NCBI RefSeq assembly: GCF_036321535.1
Contig: NC_087436.1
Span: 78,618,001 to 78,682,000, forward strand
DNA: 64,000 nt
Direction of reading: 5' to 3'
Source of the DNA: Camelus dromedarius
Taxonomy: Eukaryota
Part shown: positions 13,877-27,475 of the stretch, one piece after another
Layout of the letters: the number at the start of each line of letters is the position of its first letter
How positions within the stretch are numbered: the first letter of the stretch is position 1
Program-made: the position numbers and the translations under genes
Notes under the pieces: model-generated
Seen by the model: the letters and a program-made list of their open reading frames with translations, nothing else
Told to the model about the DNA's origin: nothing
Databases searched by the model: none

Positions 13877-14326
13877 TCTGTCTTTTGCCCATATTCTAAC
13901 TTAATTCTTTATTTTTTTATGACTGAACTTTCAAATGGTCTTTATATATTCTAAGTACTAGTCCTTTTTCTTTTGCGTGGCTTGCAAGTATTTTCTCCAA
14001 GTTTGTATCTTGTCTTTTCATCCTCTTCACAGAAGCTTTCCCAGAACAAAAGTTTTAATTTTGATGAGGTCCAGTTTATCAATTTTTCCTTTTATGAATT
14101 GTGCTTTTGGTATGAAGCTTAGTTCCCAAAGATTTTCTCCTATATTTTTGTCTGAAAGTTTCATGTTTTACATTTAAGTCTATAATCAGTTTTGAATTAA
14201 TTTTTGCATAAGTTGTGAAGTGTAGGTTGAGGTCCTGTTTTTTGGCCTATTGATGTCCAGTTGCCCCAGAGCATCATTTGATAAAGAGTCTCCATCAACC
14301 TTATCAACCTTTCCTCACTATGTACT

Positions 14327-14798
14327 TGTGAGGGAGGAAAAACTTTCTTTTTTTCCCTTCCAAGTTTGTTGACTGCTCTAATAATTAAAGGGACATAAAA
14401 CAAATTAACAGGAGAAAAACAAATTTAATTTTGTATGTATAGGATCCCCATAAGACATGAGACTCTAATGCAATCAGGCAGTTGAGGCTTATATATATCC
14501 TGAGTTAAGAAAGGGATGGGAGTCTGGGGCCTCAAAGGGCAGGAAGACAATTCATAGGAAGATGAAAAGAGCAAATATTTGCCATGCCATGCAGATAAAG
14601 TCCTTCTAATATAAAAAGTTGTCTCTGGTAATTACTCTCTTCCTGGTATAGATGCCCTACCTAAATTCTTCTAGGCAATTAAGGGGAAGGTTTAAAACAA
14701 GGCCTTCCTGAGTCTCCTGGGCCTTGATTATCTTCAGCTGGAAATAATTCACATGCCAAAGTGGCACCTTCTGGGGCAGCCTGCCCTGAACCCTCTAT
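14327..14798 (-). mobile_element. Probable ERV1-class solo LTR
   Basis: aaattaacaggagaaaa..catgccaaagtggca..cctgaaccct pattern typical of antisense ERV1 LTRs. Confidence 0.55.
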
Positions 14799-14993
14799 AC
14801 TGTTCCTTTTTATCCCTTAAAGTCCACTCTTTTCAGATATAATGTGCTTATCTCAGCTTCACAAAGAAGAAAATTGAACACAAAAAAGAAATAAGGTACA
14901 AGAAGCAAAGAGATATTTGAAGCCAAAATTTAAAACCTAAGAAAGTAGAAAAATCTCTAATGCATGAATGTGATAGAGGTCATGCAACATTAT

Positions 14994-15555
14994 GACACAT
15001 GCACCCCAATGTTCATAGCGGCAGTATTTACAATAGCCAAGACATGGAAACGACCTAAATGTCCATCAACAGAGGACCGGATAAAGAAGCTGTGGTATAT
15101 TTATACAATGGAATACTACTCAGCCATGAAAAATAATAAAATAATGCCATTTGCAGCAATATGGATGGACCTGGAAATCGTCATACTAAGTGAAGTAAGC
15201 TAGAAAGAGAAAGAAAAATACCATATGATGTCACTTATATGTGGAATCTAAAAAAAGGGGGAAAAAAAGACACTAATGAACTTATCTACAAAACAGACTC
15301 ACAAACATAGTAAACAAACTTATGGTTACCAGGGGGAAAGGAGAAGGGAGGGGATAAATTGGGAGTTCGAGATTTGCAAATATTAACTACTATATATAAA
15401 ATAGATAAAAAACAAATTTCTTTTGTATAGCACAGGAAACTATATTCAATAAGTTGCTGTAACCTATAATGAAAAAGAATATGAAAATATATGTATATAT
15501 ATATGTATGATTGAAACATTATGCTGTAACTGACTATATTTCAATTTAAAAAAAA
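14994..15555 (+). mobile_element. L1 3' end (ORF2 C-terminus + 3'UTR + poly A)
   Basis: [25 protein letters not shown]...[11 protein letters not shown]...[13 protein letters not shown]. Confidence 0.92.
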
Positions 15556-16604
15556 GTGAGAGAAGAAGAGATATTAAAGATCATCTAGTCTGAGCCACTC
15601 ATTTTGCAGATGGAGAAAATCAGGACAGGAGGCTAAATGCCTTGTTGAAGGTTATTCACAAAGTTCATAGTTAGACTACAAACCAGAGCTTCTGATACCC
15701 AGGACAGTGATCTTCCTAGAACATTCTGCTCCTTCACTCATTTGGTGATTATGGATTGCATATGTCTTACATATAGCCAAAGACTCAACCCATTACTGGT
15801 TTGATCATAGAAGACACTTTTAAAAATGATGTCTTTGTAAATGTTTTTACCATAAACAGAAGCCCATAATGTTGAATTTCTCAACAGGTAGCTGGTACAT
15901 AAAGTTAAAGTACTAAATGACTTTTTGGATCCTGGATACATGCTATGTGCCATGTATGAAGATCAAAGACAAAAATCTATGAGAAATTCAATCTGGTCAC
16001 AGGTTTGGAGTGTTCCTAACCAGCCCACCTCTCTCTTCCTCTCTGTCTTTCTGTCTCTCCCTCTCTTTCTCTCTCACACACACACCCCAACAGTTTAAAT
16101 ACATCTCTTTTTGTATTTTGTATTTTTTACATTAATATACCTTTTCATAAAGTTTTGTAAATGTAGACCTAGGTTTACCATTGTAGACTTGTCACTTTAT
16201 TTGGCTATGCCTTGTTTTTCTCATCTGTCTAGTAGAAGAGTTGGAATAACTGGCAAATTTGTTTTAAATATGCCTATTTCTGATGAAATTTATTTAAGTT
16301 TTAATATTGCCTGAACAACAGCAGTAAAAGCAGTCGGTTCTGAACTACCAATCAAGAGCACAGCCTTGCTTTTATATTTTTAAACCCTCCTGGGCCTTGG
16401 TTCACTCATCTGTCTTGTTTCCATCATCTGAAAAAATGATGGTTGGAAGAGTTAATTTCTGAAGTGTCTGAAGAGAAAAAAATGCTTGGAACATCTACCA
16501 AACATGATTTGGTAAGTTTATCAAAATACTTTTGGTTAGGGAAAAACACATACAAAAGGAACAGAGATCATGTGGCCCAGGGATGTCCTTGTTAGGTACG
16601 TACC

Positions 16605-17315
16605 TGTGTACTGCAGTACAATTCGGATGAACCACCCTGAGTTAGTGTTAGACTCTGCAGGTTAAAGGCATAAGTCCTAAAAATAGATGCCAGATGCAGG
16701 TTCAGGGGTCCTCAGGCCACTCATTCTCCTGACTTTGCTGGACACAAATTTGGGAGTACTCACGTCGCCCTCAAGTTTGTTAATTCACTAGAATGACTCA
16801 CAGAACTTGGGAAAACACTATATAGTTTAAATGTAAAGTATACAAATTAGAACCAGACAAATGAAGAAACACATGAGGTGAAGTATAGGAGAGTCCCACA
16901 GGCAGAGCCTCTTTCTCCTCTTGGGGCACGTCACCCTCAAAACATGAATGTGTTCATCCCCAGGAAGCTTCCACTGAGATTCAGTGTTCAGAGTTTTTAG
17001 TGGAGTTTCATTCTGTATGCATTACTTATCGAATCATTGGCCATGTGAATAAACTCAATCGCCAGCCCTCCTCCACTTCTAGAGGCCAGGCGGTTGGGCT
17101 ACTATCACATGACTCAGAGCCCCAAACCTCCAATCACGTGACCAGGACCCCTTCTAAAGCTCTCTCCGGATCCACCACGAGTCACCTGTTAGCATAAAAT
17201 CAGCTGTGATTCAAGGGGCTAAAGAGAAACAAAAACATTCCAATTAGTTGGGAAATTCCAAGAATTTAGCTAGAAACCAGTGACAAAGGCCAGTCCAATT
17301 CTTTAATATACAACA
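16605..17315 (-). mobile_element. MER21-like LTR
   Basis: taattcactagaatgactcacagaact..ggaaattccaag..gacaaaggccag. Confidence 0.65.
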
Positions 17316-17317
17316 AT

Positions 17318-18398
17318 AACTGGCAAAAATTCAAACATAAGTCTACACAGAAAGTTGTGCATGAATGCTTATAGCATCATTATTCATAATAGCCAGAAAG
17401 TGGAAATAACTCAAGTGTTCATCAACTACTGAATGAATAAGTAAAATGTGGTATATCTTAAGACGACCCTTATATTTGATGATTCATTACTAAGGATTCA
17501 CAGGACTTGGTATATAATCATACTCATGGTTAAAACTGAACACAACAAAAGGATACAAAACAAAATCAACAAAGAAAAAAGATGCATGGAGCAAAGTCCA
17601 GAGGAAACCAGGTGCAAGCTTCCAAGAGTCTTCTCCCAGTGAAGTCACACAGGATGAGCTTAACTCTTTCAGCAAAAATTGTGACAAAATGTGTGAAATG
17701 TTGTCTACCAGGAAAGCTCATTAGAAACTCAGTGCCTAAGGTTTTTATTGGGCAATGATCATGTAGGCATTATCTGCTGTGTATGTACCAAGATTCCAGA
17801 CTCCCAGAAGGAAAGCAGGTGATCAGCATATACCACAATACTTATGCAAACAGTTAAGCCACAGTAAACCATTCTTATCAGTTAGAGACTAGTTGGGATC
17901 TCCCCAAGTTCAAGTTCTCAGACACCAAGGGCCAACTTTGCAAGAAGGACTTTCTAAGGATAGTAATCTCAGTCTTGGCTGTGTTAACACTTTTTTTGCA
18001 TACTGTGCAATGGAATATTATTCAGCAATAAAAACAAATAAAATACTGATACCTGCTACAAAATGGGTGAATCTGGGAAACATTACACTAAGTGAAAGAA
18101 GCTAGCAACAAAAAGCTGCAGATTGTATGATTCCATGTATATGAAATGCCCAGGATAGGCAAATCTATAAAGATAGAAAGGAGAGTAATGGTTGCCTGGG
18201 GCTGGGAAGTTGGAAGAATGGGAAGTGATTGCTAATGAGTATGGGATTTGTTTTGGGGGGGTGATAAAAGTATTCTAAAGTTGATTGTGGTAATGGTTGC
18301 ACAGTTTGTGAATACACTAAAAACCACTGTACACTTTAAATGAGTGAATGGTAGGATATATGAATTATTACTCAACAACGTTATTATAAAAAATGAAT
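17318..18398 (+). mobile_element. L1MB-type 3' end, interrupted by an LTR fragment (~17458-18002)
   Basis: ttattcataatagcc..aatgtggtatatc | caatggaatattattcagcaataaaa..ggttgcctggggctgg..tgtacactttaaatg. Confidence 0.75.
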
Positions 18399-18701
18399 AG
18401 AGGCAGTTGCTCATTTTAGTATGTTTATAAGTGCCTTTTGTTATGCTTTTAGAAATATAAATATTTGTGAGCAAAAAGAAAGAATAAAATTTCAAAGGAG
18501 AACATATTAGCTGAGGTTTTCTACTTCCTGGCTGAGCTTATAGGATTCTTTGGTTTATTATATAATTTTGATTGGTTAAAATGATGTTTCTCATTATTGA
18601 ATCAGCAGTTTATTTTAAGGAATGCATATCACAACTAGTCATTGACAGGAGTTACACTTGTGCCAGAGGAGAGAAAAGCACATATATATTTGTGCTGATG
18701 G

Positions 18702-18860
18702 TTTTTTGTTTTGTTTTAAAATTTTTTAATGACTTATTTTGGAGGGGGAGGTAATTAGGCTTACTTATTTATTTATTTTAATCGAGGTACTGGGCATTGA
18801 ATTCAGGACCTCGGGCATGCTAAGCACGTGCTCTGCTGCTGAGCTATACCCTCCCACCCC
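18702..18860 (-). mobile_element. tRNA-Ala-derived SINE (long-tail form)
   Basis: Reverse complement of the SINE body ending gagctataccctccc; T-rich tail. Confidence 0.85.
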
Positions 18861-19684
18861 CAGTGGGTTTTATGGGTGCCTCTACCCCTTTTTCTCCACA
18901 GTATACTACTATCTGAGATCGAAGGTTCTCTTCTAGAATAAAGCATTGTACACTAAGAAGTCCCAAGAGACTTCAGTGATGTTAACCACATCAGTCTTCT
19001 AAGCTCAAAATAAAAGTGGAAATTTGAGTTCTGGACAGATAAAATCATCTGCCAACATTTCCAGCCCAGAATTCTCAGGGCTTTTCACTTCACAAAGAAA
19101 GACCTAGCCATCCCTGGTGAGTCCACTCAGAGAAAACTGCTGGATAAGTTACCCTACAAACCAACCTCTAGACAATCTTCTTTTCTTCTTTTTCATCCCT
19201 AAAGTGCTGTATTGTTCACTTGCTCTTTGAGCAAGGTTTTTCTGATTCGTTTGCTTACGAAAAATTAAATTCCCCATCTTTTATTTTTTCTCACATCCTC
19301 CACTTGAAAGTAGTGCAAGTTTATTAGCAGGCAACTCATGAGAAGCTGGCTGACATTTGATCAAAAATAAAAATAGCACTTATAAGAATTTTGGGTCCTA
19401 ACCCGAAGCATTAGTTGCCCTGCCTACTTACTCAAGAAATCAGCACAACTCTGAAAGCCAAAAAGATAATAAAAGTCCAAATTCAGCACAAAACCCATGC
19501 AATCGAGGACAGAGTAGAAAATACATATTTTTATTATATATTATATATTATTATATATAATAATGCAGATTTTAATCCGATATAGTCTGACCCAAGCATG
19601 TTAAATATTTCTCTTTGGAATTGGTTAAATCAGAAAAAAAACTAAATTAATTTTGAATATATACCCTCAAAAATAAACATTCAT

Positions 19685-19896
19685 AACTACTATACATAAA
19701 ATAGATTAAAAAACCCCAAACTTCTTCTGCATAGCACAGGGAAAATATTCACTATCTTATAGTAATCCATAATGAAGAAGAATACAAAAATGAATATATG
19801 TATGTATATGTATGACTGAAACATTATGCTGTACATCAGAAATGACACATTGTAACTGACTATACTTCAAAAAATAAAAAAATTAAAATAAAAAAA
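19685..19896 (+). mobile_element. Short L1 3'UTR terminal fragment (same family as 15400-15555)
   Basis: atagcacaggga..aatgaa..gaatatatgtatgtatatgtatgactgaaacattatgctgtac..A-tail. Confidence 0.82.
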
Positions 19897-20414
19897 TTCA
19901 CTTAATGTAGTCTTATCTGTTTATGATATCACAAGGTTTTTTTCTCCCAGAATAAAGGTTCTAAGATAAATTCAAGATTCTTTTGGATGAAAAACAAAAG
20001 ACACCTTATAAAAACACTGAACTTATAAACTAATGCAGTGGTTTGCTAGGCACACTTAGTGTAACAAGAAAGTATGTTCACTGAGGAGGAAATTTGAAAC
20101 ATGACTATAAACCTTTATGAAAAATTATAACAAGGCCTTTACTTCATTTACTTTTAGCTATTTCATAAATACTAGAAGAGTAATTGGATGTTTAGTGATG
20201 AAACTTAGAAAAACTTTTCCATAAAGCAAACTTAAAAATCTTTCCCTTTGGCTCTGCCTTCCAATCCTACACCGTGTTCAAGAGATATCGAGTTATTCCC
20301 GACTTTTGGTCATGTGAGTGGTTTCCAAACTGACTGGACTCTCTAGGTAGGTAGTTCCTGCACCGGGTTTTCTGGTCACTAGATCTGTGACTTCTCCAAC
20401 TTTGAAAATGCCCA

Positions 20415-22205
20415 GTGTACAGATATACAACATTTTGTTTATCCATCCGTCTGTTATTGAACATTTAGATTGTTTCCACTTTTGGGGTATTATAAATAAT
20501 GTTGCTATGAACATTTGTTTACAAGTTTTTGTGTGGACATATTTTCATTTTTCTTGGTATACACTCCAGAGGGAAATTACTGGGTCATAAGGTGACTATA
20601 TTTAACTTTTTAAGGAAATGTCACACTTTTCTAAAGTGATTCCACTATTTTATATTCCAACCAGTAATGTATGAGAATTCTAATTTTCCACATTTCTTGT
20701 CAAAACTTGTTATTGTCTGTTTTTTTTATTTAGCCATCTGGTACATTCAGAGCAGTATCTCACTGTGGTTTTGATATTTGCATTTCCCTAGTGACTACTG
20801 ATGATCAGCATCTTCTCATGTACTTTTTGACAATTTGTGTATCTTTTTTGAAGAAGTGACTATTTGGATTCTTTGCCCATTTTAAAATTGGGTTATTTGT
20901 CTTTTTTCTGAGTTGTGTTTCTTATTTATTCCAGTTATAAGTCTTCTGTCAGATAAATGTTTTGCAATATTTTCTCCCCTTCTGTGGGTTGTCTTCATTT
21001 ACTTGATGTTATACTTTGAAGCACAAACATTTCTAACTTTGATGAAATCCAATTTATCTGATTTCTTTTCTTTTCTTTTCTTCTCTGTTTTTTTTTTTGT
21101 TTTTTTTTTTTTTTTTTTTTGCCACCTGTACTTTTGGAAAGCATTGCCTAATCCAAGGTCACAAAGATTTATTCCAGTGCTACTATGTTTTCTTTTAAGA
21201 ATCTTAGTTTTAGCTGTTACATTCAGATATGTCACTATTTGCATATTTGCATATAATTTTTCTATATGAGATAGGTGTCCAACTTCATTTTTTTGCATGT
21301 ACATATCAAATTGTCCCAATACTATTTGTTGAAAATACTATTCTTCCCCCATTGAATTGTGCCGGCAACTTTGTCTAAACTCAATTGATCATAAATTTAA
21401 AGATTTATTTCTGTACCCTCAACTCTATTCCATTGATCTATATGTCTGTCTTTATGCCAGTACAACACTGTCCTGATTACTGCAGCTTATAGGGAGCTTT
21501 GAAATCAGTAAGTGTGAGTCCTCCAAATTTCTTCTTTTGTCCCCAAGATTGTTGGGCTATTCTGGGTCCCTTACATTTCCATAAAAATTTTAAGGTCAGT
21601 TTGACAATATCTGCAAAATGTCCAGCAGAGATTTTGATAGTGATTACGTGGAATCTCTGGATCAATTTGGAGAGTATTGCCATTTTTAACAATATTAAGC
21701 TCAATCCGTGAACATGGATTATATTTCCACTTATTTAGGTCTTCTTTCATTACTTTCAACAATGTCTTACAGCCATTTACAAATCTCACATTTGTTTTGT
21801 TAAATTTATTCCTAAGCACTTCCTTCTTCTTTGATACTATTGTAAAAAGAATTGTTTTTTAATGTCATTTTTGAATTGTTCATTGCTAGTGAACAGAAAT
21901 AAAACTGATTTTTGTATATTGATCTTGTATCCAGCAACCTCATGTTCCCTTTTCTTTTGTTTTTTGGACGAGTTTGTGAAGGATTAGTGTTAATTCTTTA
22001 AACGTTTGGTAAAATTCACCAGTGAAGCCTCTAGTCCTAGGATTTTCTTCATGGAAAGTTTTTTTAAATTATTAATTCAATGACTTGTTCAGTTTTTCTA
22101 TTTCTTCTTAAGGTAGTTTCAGTTGTTTTTGTCTTTCTAGGAATTTGCCTGTTTCAACTAGGTTATCTAATTTGTTGGTATTCAGTTGTTCATTGTATTC
22201 CCTCA
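20415..22205 (-). mobile_element. L1M 3' half with ORF2 remnants
   Basis: Minus-strand remnants KTLLKVMKEDLNKWK, KLTLKFLWKCKGPRIA, GGLTLTDFK, INLCDLGLGNAF, DKLDFIK. Confidence 0.88.
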
Positions 22206-23671
22206 TAAGGAAGTTACAATGTCACAAAGCTTACTGTTCTGAGATTCAGTCATTAAAAAAAAATGCTCCTTGGATTATTGCAAGACTTTATTTCCAGAGT
22301 TCTGAAAAAGTTGGTTTTGATAATTTTTGCCACTGTTCTCATGGCTTTGGAGCAGTGAAATTTTGGACGTCCTCACTCTGCTATTCTGGCAGTTCTCATG
22401 ATTAATACATCTATTATATATCCATTCCTCACTCTCTTGTTTTTATTTTACTTTTTTAAGCCAAAAATGGACCTAATAGTGACTATTTTAGTACCTTGGA
22501 CTCTCCAGGAAAAGTTGGAAAGCCACACTTGGGAACTCTCATCCAGGAACTATTTCCAAAATCACACCACAGAACTGGCTCCATAAAGCCACCCTGTTTC
22601 TACTGCTGCTGCTCCTGCTGTCCACAGATCCCACTGCTTTCAACATTGACGTCATCAATGCTCGATCCTGGAAGTTGCTGCTAGTACTGCTGCTCATTTG
22701 AAAAAGTAGCTACCACCACGGCTGCCACCTGTCCTAGCCTTGACTCCACTAAATCAATTTGACTCACTAGTGCCTGTCTCAAAGTCTAATGTAGGAGAAT
22801 TCTGACTGATAGAGCTGAGATATCTATGCGTGGGCTATAAAGGAGCCTGGGAAAATTGATTTTTAAAATATGATGTTGAGTGGTATTCTTTGCTTCTCAC
22901 CAAGACTCGTATGGTGGAAATTCCCGAAACATGGGAAGGTAGTCTCCATTTTCCATAAAATCTATACTATGTCACAATTAAAGAATAGTGATCTGTACTT
23001 TAAATGCTTGCTTACCATAATACATTTACCATAAGTCTTTTAATCTTAGAACCACCTCCACTCCCCACTTTATTCATGTCATTTAGTTTTTGAAGAAGTG
23101 GGACATCCTAACAATTTAATTTTCCACACTCTATAGATTTGGATGGTTGCATCCTCATGGTATTTTAACATGTGCCTGTTATTTCTTGTATTTCTTACTT
23201 ACTGGTAGTTGGATCTAGATTTAGTTGCTTTTAAGAGTTTCTATTTGTGATTGAATATTTTGGTTTCACCATGATGTAGTTTTATATAGATTTCTCTGTA
23301 TTTTGCCTACTTGCAGCTTTTTAGTATACTGAATCTGTAGATTATCTTCCATTTTCTCTGAAAAAACTTCAGCCATTATCTCTTCAAATATTGCCTCTTA
23401 TTCTGTCTCTTTTTCTAAACCACCAATTAAATATGTTATATCTACCCCCTGTATCCTTTATGTCACTGATTCTCTATGGCAATTTTCATGTTTTTGTCTT
23501 TCCATGCTACATTTTGGATAGTTATCTTTCATTTATCCTTCAGTTCTGTAATTCTTAAGTTGCATCCAATTTGTTGTTAGACCCACTTATCTTTTGTTTT
23601 TAATTACATTTATTATTGTTTTATTTGTGTAAGTTCTGTTTGATTCTTTATCAGATCTGCTATGTTGCTTT

Positions 23672-23827
23672 GTTGTTGTTGTTTTTGTTTTTTGTGTGTG
23701 TTTTGGTGGTGGTGGTAGGTAATCAGGTTTACTTATTTACTTATTCTTGGAGGAAGTACTAGGGATTGAACTCAGGACCTCATGCATGTTAGCACGCACT
23801 CTACCCCTTGAGCTATACTCTCTCCCA
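23672..23827 (-). mobile_element. tRNA-Ala-derived SINE (long-tail form)
   Basis: TSD ctatgttgcttt at 23660-23671 and 23828-23839. Confidence 0.88.
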
Positions 23828-24480
23828 CTATGTTGCTTTTATAGTTCCTTCTTCCCTGGAGATATTTTCAAGCTTATATATTATTTCAACATAATAAGCA
23901 TGGAGGCTTGATACCTCCTGGAATTGTTCATTGTTTGTGTTGAATCTCACTTTTGGTGGCTTTAATTTATTTATGTGCTAGTCATTATGTTTGAAAAATA
24001 TTTGTAGAAACAATCAGAAACCTAGGATGAAGAAATGATTTTCATTTACTTCTTCCAGGCACTTGAGGGCCCTTACCTTTGTAGGACTATTTAAGTTCTG
24101 AGGTTGAAGTTTCCTTAACTGCCCAGGTGAGGGAACTTGGTTACCTCTTGTCCTGAGAGTGTAGCCCTTTGGGAGCCCTTAGTTTAATGGAGCAATGGTG
24201 TATCAGAGTCTTCACCTGTGGTTCTGTCTATGGTTTTGGCTTCTGTGCCCTTTGTCCAGTAAGCTCATCAAATCCAGCTTTGAGTGCTAGGCTTGCTTCT
24301 CCAAGTTTTGACTTTCTCTTAGATTTTGGCCAAGTAAACTTCTCATTATCTTTTTTAACTCTTCCAATTATTTTATATATATTTTAAAATATTTTATCCT
24401 ACTTAATTTTCTTCAGAAGGATTGGTCTGAATTATTTAGGCCATAGTTAAAGGCAAGTAAATATTTTTTGAAAAATTATA

Positions 24481-27475
24481 CTGGAATACCTCATTTTAGT
24501 GCACTTCACTATTGTTCTTTGCAGATACTGCATTTTTTTCCAAATTGAAAGTCTGCATTGAGCAAGTCTATGAGCACCATTTTTCCAACAGCATTTGCTC
24601 ACTTAATGTCTCTGTGTTACATTTTAGTAATTCTCAAAATATATCAAGCTTTTTAATTATTATTATATTTGTTATGGTGATCTGTAATCAGTGACCTTTG
24701 ATTTACTATTGTAATTTAAGAAGGCAAACTTTTTTTTAATTAGAAAAATTTTTATTGAAATATAGTCAGCTTATAATGTGTCAATTTCTGTTGTACAGCA
24801 TGTTTCAATCATACATATTCATATATATTCCTTTTCATATTCTTTTTTATTATAGGTTTACTACAAGATATTGAATATAATTACCTGTGCTATACAGAAG
24901 AAACTTGTTGTTTATCTATTTTATACATAGTATTTTCTGCAAATCTCAAACTCCCATTTTATCCCTTCCCACCCCACCCCTTTTCCATTGTGGAAACCGT
25001 AAGTTTGTTTTCTATGTCTGTGAGTCATTTCTGTTTCATGAATAAGTTCATTTGTGCCTTTTTTTTTTCTTTTTAGATTCCACATATAATTGATATCATA
25101 TGGTATTTTTCTTTCTCTTTCTGTCTTACATCACTTAGATTGACCATCTCCAGGTCCATCCATGTTGCTGCAAATGCCATTATTTTATTCTTTTTTTATA
25201 GCTGAGTAGTGTGTACACATATGTATACATACATACCATAAGTTCTTTATCTATTCCTCTGTCAATGGACATTTAGGTTGCTTCCATGTCTTGGCTATTG
25301 TAAATATTGCTGCTCTGAACATTAGGGTGCAGGTGTATTTTTGAATTAGAGTTCCCTCAAGATATATGCCCAGAAGTGGGATTGCTGGATCTTATGGTAA
25401 GTCTATTTTTAGTTTTTTGAGAGGAAGACAAACTTAATCGATAAGTGCATGTGTTCTGACTGCTCCACCAACTGGCCATTCCCCCATCTCTCTCCCTCTC
25501 CTCAGGTCTCCCTATTCCCTGAGACACAACAATGTTGAAGTTAGGCCAATTAATAACCCTATAATGACCTTTAAGTATTCAGGTGAAAGGAAGAGTCACA
25601 TGTCCCTCACTTTAAATCAAAAGCTAAAAATTATTAAGCTTAGTGGAAAAAAGCTGAGATAGGCCAAAGCTAGGCCTCTTGTACCAAACAGTTAGCCAAG
25701 CTGTGAATACAAAGGAAAAGTTCTTGAAGGAAATTAAAAGTGCTACTCCAGTGGACTCATGAATGGTAAGAAAGCAGAACAGCCTTGTGGTTGGTATGGA
25801 GAAAATCTGAGTGATCCAGATGGATCAAACAAGCCACAACATACTCTCAAGGCAGAGCCTAACCCAGAGCAAGGCCCTAACTCTCTTCAGTTCTATGAAG
25901 GCTGAGAAAGGTGAGGAAGCTGCAGAAGAAAAGTTTGAAGCTAGCGGAGGTTGGTTCTTTAAGTCTAAGAAAAGAAGCCGCCTCCATAACGTAAAAGGCA
26001 CAGTGAAGCAGCAATTGCTGATGTAGAAGCTGCAGCAAGTTCTTCAGAAGATCTAACTCAGATCATTCATGAAGGTGGCAACACTGAACAATAGATTTTC
26101 AGTGTGGATGAAACAGCCTTCTATTGAAAAGAAGATTCCATCCAGGACTTTCATAGCTAGAGATAAGTCAATGTCTGGCTTCAAAGCTTCAAAGGACAGG
26201 CTGACTCTCTTGTTAGGGGCTAATGCAGCTGGTGACTTGAAGCTAAAGCCAATGTTCATTTACCATTCCAAAAATCCTAGGGCCCTTAAATATTATGCTA
26301 AATCTAATTTGTCTGTTCTCTATAAATGATACAAAACCTGGATGAAAGCACATCTGTTTACATCATTTACTAAATATTTCAAGCCCACTGTTGAGAACTG
26401 CTTCTCAGAAAAAAAGATTCCTTTGAAAATATTACTGCTCATTGACAATGCACCTGGTCACCCAAGAGCTTGGATGGAGATGTGCAACAAGATTAATGTT
26501 ATATTCATGCCTGCTAACACAATATCCATTTTGTAGCCCATGGATTAAGGAGTACTTTCAACTGTCAAGTCTCATTGAAGAAATACATTTCGTAAGGCTG
26601 GAGTTGTCATAAATTTTGATTCCTCTGTTAGGTCTGGGCAAATCAATTGAAAACCTTCTGGAAAAGATTTACTGTTTCAGATGCCATAAGAACATTTGTG
26701 ACTCATGGAAAGAGGTCAAAATATCAACATTAACAGGGGTTTGGGAGAAGTTGATTCCAATTCTTATAGATGACTTTGAGGGGTTCAAAATTTCAGCTGA
26801 GAGACGTGGTGTTAAATGGCAAGCGATTTAGAATTAGAAATGAAGGATGTGTCTGAATTGCTATCTCATGTTAGAACTTTAACAAATGAGGAGTTGCTTC
26901 TTATGGATGAGCAAAGAAAGCGGTTTCTTGAGATGGAAATTACTCTTGTTGAAGATTCTGTAAAGATCTGTAAATGACAACAAAGGATTTAGAATATTAT
27001 ATAAACTTAGTTGGTAAAGTAGTGCAGAGTTTGAGAAGATTGGTTCCAATTCTGAAAGAAGTTCTATTGTGGGTAAATAACATTCAAACAGCATTACAAG
27101 CTACAGAGAAATTGATCATGAAAGAATAATTCAACGCAGCAAGCTTGTTATATTTTACGAAATTGTCAAAGCCACCCCAAACTTCAGCAACCAATACCTT
27201 GATCAGTCAGCAGCCATTAACATTGAGGCAAGACCCTCCACCAGCAAAAAGATTGTAACTTAATGAAGACTCAGATGATGGCTAGAAATTTTTAGCAATA
27301 CAGTATTTTAAAATTGGTTTTTTGGAGACATGATGCTATCGCACACTTAATCGACTACAGAATTGTGTAAACATAACTTTTATATATGCACTGGGAAAAA
27401 ATTTTGTATGGCTCACTTTATTGCTTTATTGCAATGGTCTGGAACAGTACTTGCAGTATTTCCAAGGTATGCCTG
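24481..27475 (+). mobile_element. Near full-length Tigger1 (TcMar-Tigger) DNA transposon with decayed DDE transposase, interrupted by an L1
   Basis: Termini ta|CTGGAATACCTC...AAGGTATGCCTG|ta (TIRs, TA TSD); ORF remnants [33 protein letters not shown] and [12 protein letters not shown]. Confidence 0.92.
24732..25423 (-). mobile_element. 5'-truncated lineage-specific L1 3' end inserted in Tigger1
   Basis: Poly(T) at left; L1 3'UTR/ORF2-end sequence; TSD gaag(g/a)caaactt at 24720-24731 and 25424-25435. Confidence 0.88.

Larger units (their letters stand above)
11640..14310 (-). mobile_element. Old L1M 3' region carrying nested SINE, LTR and younger L1 insertions
   Basis: Typical L1M 3' antisense sequence (gctatgaacattcatgtacaggtttt; ggttttaatttgcatttcctgatgg; tccagtttatcaatttttcc). 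Confidence 0.8.

Noticed and set aside
25811..26831. Transposase-like ORFs as a domesticated TIGD/CENP-B-type gene
   Set aside because: Fragmented across frames by stops and frameshifts inside a TIR-bounded Tigger1
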